A stretch of 64,000 nt of DNA, from the NCBI GenBank assembly GCA_951406725.2, contig OX597823.1:26908001-26972000 (forward strand). The letters are read 5' to 3'. The notes beneath the pieces are model-generated. The model was not told the origin of the DNA, made no database searches, and worked only from the letters and a program-made list of their open reading frames with translations. Origin of the DNA: Octopus vulgaris (taxonomy: Eukaryota). The position numbers and the translations under genes were made by a program. How positions within the stretch are numbered: the first letter of the stretch is position 1; every line of letters starts with the position of its first letter. Below, in pieces: positions 52,191 to 62,819 of the stretch.

Positions 52191-53585
52191 ATTAACTGTG
52201 GATAAAAACATAATACAAAATAGTTTCTCCGACACGTTATATATGTTAAGTTAATCTCTGTGAACTGAGGACATATCCTTTGCATCTTACTCTATTAGGT
52301 TTCAGTTACAAAGTGCTAAATGTAAATACGTGCTGTTCGGAGTCCTACTAATCGAGATGATATTCACTGTATTTTAAAGCCCTTCCATTATTATGATGAG
52401 TTCTTAATATCTGAGTAACTCTAGTACATGTGGTGAAGGTGGAAAGAAGAGAAAAGTTATAGGACGTGGTAACAATTTTCAAGCATGAAAATGATGTTAT
52501 CAATTTAGAATAGGAGTAAGACCACGTTTTCGACGAATCAGTAATGTTATTTAGAACACGAAGCTTTATGAAGAACAAGGAGCTTCCTCATCGAGTTTCC
52601 AAGGAACAAGAAACGGAAGCACTGCAATAATTGAAATAGGATGTCGTCTGTCAATTTTCATAGAAGTTTATAGTCAAAAGTGCATTCGCTTAAGTGAAGT
52701 CTGTCAGTTTGTTTGTAGTAGCATAGAGAAAACGAAACTGAAACGGGAATTTAACGAAGCATATTTTTGAAATTTTGGATGCTGTGACAGGTTAATAAAA
52801 CGATCTAGACGCAATTTTAGGGTTCTATGTGAAAGTTTAAATATACACGATAATGCAACTGTCAGATGTTTAGTTGTATAGAAAAAATGTTGAAGAGTGA
52901 ATTTATTTTAGCGAACAAATTATAGATGTTGACTAAAAGGGATTACTTTGGAAACGAATATCTAATAAAATTTGATGAAAAAATACTGCAATATGGGTTC
53001 AAAGCGGGTAATGAGTGTCTACAATTGTATTGAATGGAAAGCCTGCTGGTGATTTACAATTAAGACCAGTGTTCAGATATCGATATCAATCTGAAAACCC
53101 AATTGTTACAAAAAGATTCAATATATGTATACAAATAAATTTTATCATTTCAGTTCATATTTTATTTCTGTAAACTATAAATATCAGTCAAATATATTAA
53201 AATAAGGAAAATAAGCAACACCTTCAAAGTTCATTTCAATTATATTTGAAAGTACAGTTTTGATCAAATGGCAGGATTTTAAGAGAATTTTTTGAAATTC
53301 CTTGCTTGTGTTTAATATAATAATATGATGTTTTCAAGTAGGTTGACTTACAGTGTGGTATTTCACAGGTCCTGAAAGTAAAGCATAAATATATGTTGTT
53401 TCATATCACTTAAAAAGTCAGGATCTAAGTCCAGGGGATTGGCCATCCTTAATGTTAACAGAAGACAGGAACGAGAAATGGAAAGAAGTAAAGGAGTTAT
53501 GTTAAAAAGCATCTTTTGGAAAGTATATAAAAAGACATATAAAAATGTTATCAAAAATAACGATAGACACATGGGTGTATGTATG

Positions 53586-53617
<32 letters not shown>

Positions 53618-53682
53618 AAGAATGAGGAGAAAATGGAGCGGTAATTAATAAAATTATCTATCAATTATAAAATATAACAATT

Positions 53683-53732
53683 CTGACAGCTGTTTCGATT
53701 CAGAAATCATTATAAGATGAATCTCTTCAGAG
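53683..53732 (-). ncRNA. Minimal hammerhead ribozyme motif (PLE type)
   Basis: ct-CTGAAGA-GATTCA-(15 nt)-TGAATC-GAAA-CAGCTG-TC-ag: intact core, 6-bp stem II, palindromic stem III, GUC site. Stem I is only 2 bp. Confidence 0.7.
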
Positions 53733-54034
53733 GTAGTAAAGGCATACCAATTAGAAATACATATTGAGATAACGGCTATAAACCGTTAACAGTGTATTCG
53801 GAACCTAAAATAATGCGAAGCACCTTGTGACCAGCGGTGTGTAACAATATCCTGTCCGATCAATACCCATTCTCCACAGCGCTTTCTTGGATAACGGAAT
53901 TGCAACAGTAATATGCTACATATATTTTTACTCTTATCTTTATTTTTATTTCTCTTTATACTTCCTATATCTAAACTTTTCCAAAATAACTCCTTATATT
54001 GAACTCTAATTCCATCTAGTTATTTCTCTCATAT

Positions 54035-54084
54035 GGTCTCTGATGAAGGGATATCCTTATTATCCCAGAAATAGCTTTTAGACT
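54035..54084 (+). ncRNA. Degenerate minimal hammerhead motif
   Basis: ggtct-CTGATGA-A-GGGATA-tccttat-TATCCC-A-GAAA-tagctt-TT-agact. Confidence 0.55.
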
Positions 54085-54151
54085 ACCTTTCTCTATAAAT
54101 GTCATATAAATTCCGCACAGCCTTGGCTTTGTTGTCTTATTTTACTTAACA

Positions 54152-54428
54152 TATCACCGTGATACCCGTGACCGACCAGGCTATCAGATGTTGATACACA
54201 TCGCTGGTCACAATGTGCTTCGCATTGTTTTAGCCTTCAAATGGCACCACCCCGCTAGCTAAGCGAGCAGGCCAACAGAAGAAAGAGTGAGAGAAAGCTG
54301 TGGCGAAAAAGTACAGCCAGAGCTCGTGGAGCTTTTAGGTATTTTCGTTCAATAAACACTCACAATGCCCGGTCTGGGAATCGAAACCGCGAGTCCGCTG
54401 CCCTAACCACTGGGCCATTGCGCCTCCA
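54152..54428 (-). mobile_element. tRNA-derived SINE (family C)
   Basis: Reverse-complement match to 20078-20380 with internal deletions. Confidence 0.85.
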
Positions 54429-54433
54429 CACTT

Positions 54434-54523
<90 letters not shown>

Positions 54524-55225
54524 TGTGTATGTGTGTGTGTTTGTGTGTGTTTGTGTGTGTGTGTAAGCATATACATAAATACGAATACATATATGTTCAC
54601 TCACACATACAAATGCAGACGCGCATAAATTACACATTTATGTTGTCCAGAAGAAAATATCTCATAGGAAGTTTTATACTCTTTTCTTCTTTCCGACTAC
54701 AAATCATATATTACATATACGATTTTCAAATAAATTCCTTGGCAAAGTATTTCTCAGTGTTTTAGTCAAAGTACTAATGCCCCGTTTCACAACAAACGAA
54801 CCAACAATAGGAAGTTTTTTGTGGCAAAACGATTATAAATATTAAGACATCATGATATTGTAGCGAGCGAGGGGTAAATTATGGGAAATATGTCTTAGAG
54901 ACAAAGCTGTTTCTTTCGTTTCTTTAGATGCTAAATAGGATATTATGAATTGTACCGTCTTATTTCTACCATTAGCAATATTTGGAATCTGATTTTATGG
55001 AGCTGTTAACACAACGTGTAAGATGTATACCTATAAACTTGTTGCGTATGCATTCCATTTTATGGGAAAGGCTGTATTTTAGTATTTTTATTACATATGT
55101 ATGTATATTTATATAAACATGTTAATATATCTTTTACTTGTTTCAATCATTGGACTTCGGCCATGTTGTAAGTATATATTTATGTGTATATCTATGTATG
55201 TATATATGTATATCTTATACACGTG

Positions 55226-55264
<39 letters not shown>

Positions 55265-55443
55265 AATCATGATGTGTTAAAATGTACCCCCTGTCCACTA
55301 AGTAAATTTTCAGTTAATCAAGATATCCTTGGCCTGAAGAGTAACTTTCAGTATACACTTTGCTTACATATTTACCATTTCCGTGGTTCCCCTCGCTATT
55401 AAGAATATGTTACCCGGATCTATCTACTCCATTCCTTAAGTCT

Positions 55444-55556
<113 letters not shown>

Positions 55557-55563
55557 TATATAT

Positions 55564-55610
<47 letters not shown>

Positions 55611-55630
55611 CATACATATACATATATACA

Positions 55631-56803
55631 TACTTTGATACTTTGATACTTTGATAGGTTTCGGCCATTATTGGCCCAGGCCATGTCTAACTTAATAGCA
55701 CCACCTGGTAAAGTCTTTCAAGTCAGAATTTGGGCACTATGGCCCACTCAAGTAGAGAGTTATTGTTTACAGAGACATATCCGGGTGTAGGGGGTTTATC
55801 CGGGATTTCTTGAAGGAATCTGTCCAAAGACTTCTTGAACCCTATAGGGTCAGTTTCTGTTTTAATGTGTTTTGGTGTAATGTTAAAGAGAGCGGGGCCA
55901 ATTGAGGTGAAATAATTGTGCCGTATTGTTGTTATGAGATGAGAGTGCGATTTTTGTTTTGGGCGGATGGCACGGGGCCCAAGCCTTGGATGTACCTTAA
56001 AGGTGATGCCAACATCATTTGGGCAATGCTGATGGAATATTTTCCACATCATGCAGATGATGTAGCGCTCACGACGACGTTGGAGAGAATAGAGTTTTAG
56101 CTTTTCTAGTCGACCGCAATAGTCGAGGCCTGTCATGCCATCTATCTTTTTTGTGATTGCCCTTTGAGGTGCTTCAACTTTTATGATACCTTGTATTGTG
56201 TGGGGAGACCACAGTGGACAACAGTATTCAAGGTGGGGTCGGGCAAAAGTGGAGAAGAGAAGGATAATGGTGTGGATATTTCTCGACTGGAAAGTTCTGA
56301 GAATCCAGGAACACATTCTGCGGGCCATGTCAACTTTGGTGTTTATATGAGTGGCCCAGCTTATGTTGTTGTCCACAATTACTCCCAAGTCTCTGATGTT
56401 GTTGGACGCCGAGAGTTTCACCTGAAGGAAGGGAGTATGGGAGTTTCAGGGCATCCTCTTTTCCAAAGTGGATTAACTCAAATTTATCCTCGTTCAGCAG
56501 CATATTGTTTTTTTCTGCCCATTGGATAACAGCCAGTAGATCTGACTGAAGGCATGTCCGGTCACTCGCCTCATTTATGACCTTCTGTAGCTTGGAATCA
56601 TCTGCAAAGATTTTTATGTTGCTGTGCTTGATGATGTCATTAATGTCATTAATGTAAATGATGAAAAGAAGTGGGCCCAGCACAGTGCCTTGCGGAACGC
56701 CACTACTGACTTTGGCTGGGCTTGATTTTACCCCTTCAACTACAACATGTTGAGATCTGTCTGTCAGGAAACACTTGATCCATTTCAGTAACTTGATCCA
56801 TTT

Positions 56804-56805
<2 letters not shown>
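55631..56805 (-). mobile_element. 5'-truncated CR1-group LINE (RT C-half, one frameshift) with 8-mer tandem tail
   Basis: SGVPQGTVLGPLLFIIYIND, IFADDSKL, RDLGVIVD, RPHLEYCCPLWSP, LYSLQRRRERY. Stop at 55723. The 3' UTR ends ggccaataatggcc-gaaacc-(tatcaaag)x3. Confidence 0.92.
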
Positions 56806-56852
<47 letters not shown>

Positions 56853-56964
56853 TTATTATATATATTATATATACCAGCAAACCTAAGGATATATGAAAAC
56901 ATATTTATATACAGATACATACATTCATTCATATATGCACATTGTTGTATGTATATATATATAT

Positions 56965-57434
56965 AAAATAATAAAAAGTGAAAAAACTACAGAAGGCTTA
57001 AAGGTTAAAAAATATATATATTTGCGTCAATATGTCTGAAGAATATTAAAAAAAAATTTTTTTCCTTACAATGACATAGTTTGTGAAAGCACGTGGTTGA
57101 ATATATAGAAAATAGTAAAAAGTGAAAAAAACTACAGAAGGCTTCAAGTTTAAAAATATATATATATTTGCGTCAATATGTCTGAAGAATATTAAAAAAT
57201 TTGTTTTTTCCTTACAATAACATAATTTAGAAGAAAGACCGTCGTAAGAAATTTGAAAAGCCAAACGCGAAACCGGTCTTTCTTCTAAATTATGTCATTG
57301 TAAGGAAAAAACAAATTTTTTAATATTCTTCAGACATATTGACGCAAATATATATATTTTTTTAACCTTGAAGCCTTCTGTAGTTTTTTCACTTTTTACT
57401 ATTTTCTATATATTCAACCACGTGTTTTCACAAA
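56965..57434. repeat. Direct plus inverted repeat module (PLE pseudo-LTR-like) between (TA)n tracts
   Basis: ~56965-57078 is directly repeated within 57079-57241. 57079-57241 is inverted at 57274-57434. The spacer overlaps an HHR-like motif at 57246-57284. Confidence 0.85.
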
Positions 57435-57446
57435 CCAACTTTCTTA

Positions 57447-57488
<42 letters not shown>

Positions 57489-57538
57489 ACAAAAGAGGGG
57501 GAGTATTTCTATGCAGGAAAATATAGGCCAGCTTGTTG

Positions 57539-57633
57539 TTGAAAATGCACCTAAATTTGAAAAACTTTGGTATATATGCAAATAAATTTATCTTAAACAA
57601 TTATAAGTTTTTCAAATTTAGGTGCATTTTCAA
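57539..57633. repeat. 29-bp perfect inverted repeat
   Basis: ttgaaaatgcacctaaatttgaaaaactt (57539-57567) and its reverse complement (57605-57633). Confidence 0.85.
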
Positions 57634-57659
57634 ACACAAATTTGCCTATATATATATTA

Positions 57660-57858
57660 CTTATTTCTGTACATCATATATCACATGTCATATATCATAT
57701 ATTATAGCGATTTCGTCCATTCTAGTGGAGTTGTCAAGTTGAACTGAGTTCTTGGAGAAAATTTGACTATTTTTATAGTGTTATTGTGTGTGTAGTGGTG
57801 GGGAGAGATATAAAATAGTACAAGAGTGTGATGAATGGGAAGAAAGTGAGAGAGAGCA

Positions 57859-57891
<33 letters not shown>

Positions 57892-58900
57892 GTGTGTGTA
57901 TGTTTGTGTTTGTATCTGAAAGTAATTTTAAAGAAAAAGAAGGAAAGTAAACAAAGGGAGAGAACGAAAAAAATTTGTTGATCTCTTTGTAGCTGGTCAG
58001 ACTGTTTACTCCAAAGGGGCAAAACGTTACTTTTCAAAAAAATTGTCTGGATTTCATTTTTATCATTGCCTTGTGAGAGAGAGTGTGTGTGTGTGTATGT
58101 GCGTGTGTATGTATGTATGTGTGTGTGTGTGTGTATGTGTGTGTGTGTCTGCGTTTTTGTATTTGAAAGAGGTATTAAAGAAAAAGAAGGAAAGGAGGAA
58201 GGAGAGAAATGTTGTTGCATTTGTAGGTGGGTTTACTGCAGATCCCACATTTACCATCTCCGCACTCTTTTATAAAGAATTCAGTTTTAGTTTCTGATGT
58301 GAATTTCGCTCTTGTTAGTTGTTTCTTCAGGTTTTTGTCTTGTTGTCTACTGTTTTTTTATGCAATATTTGTTTAATATGTTTCCCATTTGGGGGCTTTG
58401 TAGGACTATTGGTAGGTTTGAATGTATGATTTGAAACATGTTGGTAACTCCAGTGTTGTGTGTGTTTATAAAAGGGATAATGTCTTTGTTTTTCGTTTTG
58501 GGGGTTCTGAGTTGTGTGATGTCCAGTTTCATTGCTCTTGAGATTCCATTTTTTAATAATTTGAGTGGGTATTTTTGTTCTAGTAGGAGGTTTTTAAGTT
58601 CATCCAGTCTTAGTTGGCGTGTTTGTGAGTCAGTTACTATGCTGCATATACGTCTCGCCATACTATATGGGATGTTTCCTTTTATGTGGGATGGGCGGCA
58701 GGAGTAGAAATTTAAATATTGGTGTGTGTCGCTTTTTTTGTAGTGGATGTCTGTTGTGATGATGGAGTTGTGTATCTTGATGTTGATGTCTAGGAATGGA
58801 AGTTCGTTTTTTTCTTCTTTCTCTCCCTTTTCTTCCTTTCCTTCTTTTTCTTTAACACTCTTTCAGATACAAAAACACACATACACACATACACACACAT

Positions 58901-58954
<54 letters not shown>

Positions 58955-59160
58955 GCTCTCTCTCACTTTCTCTCCTCTCCATTCATCACCCTCTTGTACT
59001 ATCTTATATCTCTCCCCACCACTACACACTTAATAACACTATAAAAATAGTAAAATTTTCTCCAAGAACTTAGTTCAATTTGAAAACACCTCTAGAATGG
59101 ACGAAAGCGCTAATATATGATATATGATATATGATATATGATGTATAAAAACATGTACTA
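57660..59160 (-). mobile_element. Penelope-like element remnant: RT C-terminal/linker fragment flanked by ~300-bp inverted pseudo-LTRs
   Basis: 58220-58806(-): ELPFLDINIKI..TTDIHYKKSDTHQYLNFYSCRPSHIKGNIPYSMARRICSIV..., then after a frameshift RQ..KNLKKQLTRAKF...CGDGKCGIC. ~57665-57950 is an inverted, diverged copy of ~58840-59150. Confidence 0.85.
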
Positions 59161-59251
59161 TACAAATAAATATCTGTAAATATAAAACCATTCGAATGTC
59201 TGAGTACCTCATTTCTTCTAATATAAAATACCAGTACATCATCTCCAAACC

Positions 59252-59307
<56 letters not shown>

Positions 59308-59405
59308 ATCCAAACAAGAAAACACAAAAACAAAAAAACAACAACGCGAGGATGTGGAACAAATAAAGTATTATTGGATGCTCAGGAAAGAAGCGAAGAA
59401 GGAGG

Positions 59406-59440
59406 GTTTAACGTTTCGAGCGGAGCTCTTCGTCGGAAAC
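59406..59440 (-). ncRNA. Minimal hammerhead ribozyme motif (PLE type, U4C variant)
   Basis: gttt-CCGACGA-A-GAGC-tcc-GCTC-GAAA-CG-TT-aaac: 4-bp stem I, 4-bp stem II, CG-only stem III. Confidence 0.65.
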
Positions 59441-59505
59441 ATAAGAGAAGGAAAGATCCCGAGAAGGGAAGACAGAGGAAAACTTGCCAGTGGTACTCAC
59501 GAGGT

Positions 59506-59555
<50 letters not shown>

Positions 59556-59557
59556 AG

Positions 59558-59593
<36 letters not shown>

Positions 59594-59754
59594 TTATGTG
59601 TCTGTGCGTGTATGTATGTATCTATCTATCTATACAATATATATAAATATATATCATGTAATCTCCTATTGTTAGACGACGTATGAGTGTTCGGCAAGTT
59701 CTTGTTGAACAACCACAGAAATGATTCGTTTATAGTGATCATATGTTTGTATTC

Positions 59755-59944
59755 ACATAAGCTCACTCACTCCAACAAATCGGCATTACCTGTACAGGTG
59801 CACTGTGTGTCACATGCCAGATGAGGAAATGATCGCAGAACAACGTGAAATGAAGTGCTTTGCTCAAGAACATAACGCAACGTTCGGTCTGGGAATCGAA
59901 ACCACCATCTTCCAATCGCGAGTACAACACTCTAACCATGTGCC

Positions 59945-59947
<3 letters not shown>
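59755..59947 (-). mobile_element. tRNA-derived SINE (family D-like head)
   Basis: Minus strand gaaggcacatggttagagtgttg..ggtttcgattcccagacc..ttcttgagcaaagcacttcatttcacgttg. Confidence 0.7.
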
Positions 59948-60037
<90 letters not shown>

Positions 60038-61372
60038 TCATGCCTATATGTATACATACATACACACGCATATTTATACACATACTTACATACATACCTG
60101 CGAGCCCCATCATGATTATAATCGCCAGTCCCCCAACTTCGCCCTCTACCAATACCTTGGAATTTGACCAGAGCACTAACGCACCCACAAACAAATACCC
60201 ACGCCCCAACACGACGGACACATACCCAATTGACTGGTTTCCACTACCCCCAATAAAAACCTCAAACACATTGTAACCCTACATACACTGCATGCGCACA
60301 TACAGGCCCCATGAAATTAACCAATACATAAAACAAAGAAAACGCACTAACGAGCACAGATGTGTGTGCCCACACTCCCTGTAAAGATTATACATATGGT
60401 ACCACTACACAAATTCCATTTCCACAAGAACATCAACATGAAGGACACCTACATTCCCCCAAAACACTTCCAGGAAACTGTTAGCGACTTGCAACATAAT
60501 CACTCCAGTGGCGATGGTTTGGTACCAAGGGACATGACTCTTAACTGAAGCCCCTACTCGTTTCGTTTCATCATCCTTTTCACAGCAATCGCAAGCCGGA
60601 TGTGTCAATTCACCACCAACAATAGAGAGCATTCACCATATTCAATAGAGAGCATTCACCATATTCTATATCGGCTCCCTCTTATGAGTATAGAGTTACA
60701 TAACTGGATTGTTACTTAACACTCCGTTGAATCCCTAGCGCGAAACCGATTAACAAGACCGATCGTACACTTCGGATAATATACCCACTCTATTGACAGA
60801 TATACGAGTTTTTTCCTACCTTATGGACTCACACACACACACACACACACGCGCGCGTATATAAGCGTACACACATGCAATTCAGATAGGTGTATTTGGA
60901 ATGCGGAGTAATGTCAGTTTGGTTTTACTATTCTAAATATTACACTACGTGATTCTATTTTCATGCAAAGGTGAGGTTATTCTAAAAAAAAAAAAAATTC
61001 TAAGAAAAAAACAGATGACTTACGCATGAGGATTCTTAGTATTAAAACTTACAGATTCAAAATATGAAACCTTTTCCTGATTAATGTGCTCTGTTAACAT
61101 GTCTACTTCTTTTGTAATAGAGCCTATACAAACTTTAACACAAGGCAGCTGTTAGATTCACAAGCACATTAAAAAACGCCAAATTGTCGTTGATCTCGAA
61201 CAAGGAGAAACAAGCATTAATAAATCTCTAAGCGAGATGTAAACAGTAGCAGCACGGAATTGTGAAGTATATTTGCAAACTAAATGTGGCGCTCCCATAG
61301 AGTATGATGCTACTTTTTAGCCCCAGGAGGACATCTCCTGTTGGCTAAAGACATATATGTAAAATAGTAAAG

Positions 61373-61686
61373 ATCCCCTTCAGTCATGAATTACTATGGG
61401 ATTGCACCTAGAAAGATATCCTCCGAGGCACAAGTCCGGGCAAGGTTGTTTTTGGAAGACCAGCAGTTGCCCATGCACACCGGCCTCCCTTCTCCACGCC
61501 ACCAGTGTTATCCAAGAGAAAGGCAAAGCTCGATACATCTTGGTACCAGTGACGTCGTAACTAATTTCAGCAGCTGAGTGAACCGAAGCAACTTGAAATG
61601 AACATACCACACAGCCCAGTCCAGGAATCGAACTCACTACCTCATGATTGTGAGCCCGACGCTCTAACCATTAAGCCATGCGCCTT
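61373..61686 (-). mobile_element. tRNA-derived SINE with RTE-related (Ceph-SINE/OK-like) body
   Basis: Head ggcgcatggcttaatggttagagcg..gagttcgattcc; body gcctttctcttggataacactggtggcgtggagaagggagg..ggtcttcca..aaccttgcccggacttgtgcc. Family name is from recall. Confidence 0.7.
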
Positions 61687-62159
61687 CAACACACACACAC
61701 ACACACACACACACACATTTCCCTTAGGCATCGTAAGACTAATAACTGGTGTAGAACTCAAAATACGTATAGAGCGTTAATAAGGAAAAGACATGCCAAA
61801 GGAGTAAACAGTTTTCTTATGAATTTCATTAGCTTACACCTGGTTTCTGCTATAGGCTATAGTGGACTCATGGTTGAGTGCCCGAATAACAACTTGAAGC
61901 TTCGCATGGATGAAGCTATACCATATTATTCAGGCACTCGGCTATGTGTACACTGCACCGTAGAGCAGAAACAGGTTTAAGCTAATGAAGATTATAAGAT
62001 AACATTTATTCCATTCTCCTCTATTTTTCTAATATATATATATGTTTGTTTTGGATGTGTATCAGTATGCATATACTCACACGTATATACATACTAACAT
62101 AAACGTATATGCATATATACATGTAAATACACACACACACTCATACACACACTCACACA

Positions 62160-62235
<76 letters not shown>

Positions 62236-62819
62236 CACGCAACATGCATACATCGATATATGCACACATTAACTCTTATATATTAGGAAACAAATAAATA
62301 TATACCTATAGGTATACATAATCATACACACAGATAGACACAAAATATTTTATATATACATATACGAATACCTTAAATAAATTTCGCACACCATTACATA
62401 TACTTTTACTTACATATACATATATTTAAAGACAAATACATACTCATACTTACATGCTAAAAGATAAAAGAAAAGAATATATTGAAAAAAATATATATAT
62501 ATATTCGGAAGATAGCAGCAATTTTCAGACTATGAGCGCTGATAGACACTTTTAAAAATAATTTAACGAATTTTCTCTAAAACACACGAAGGTTGTTAAT
62601 ATATACAAATAAACAATACAAAGTTTTTAATGTGTTTGTATATAGAAAGACGCATACACACGCACATACGCTCGCCTACACACAGACCCAGACATGCATA
62701 GGCATGTACAGACGTGCAAAGGCGTACTTATATATATTTGAGTAGTTATAGAAATTACGTAAGAAATTAGAAAAATTAGAAATTTTAACGGATAATTTTG
62801 AAACAAAATTTGCATTGTA

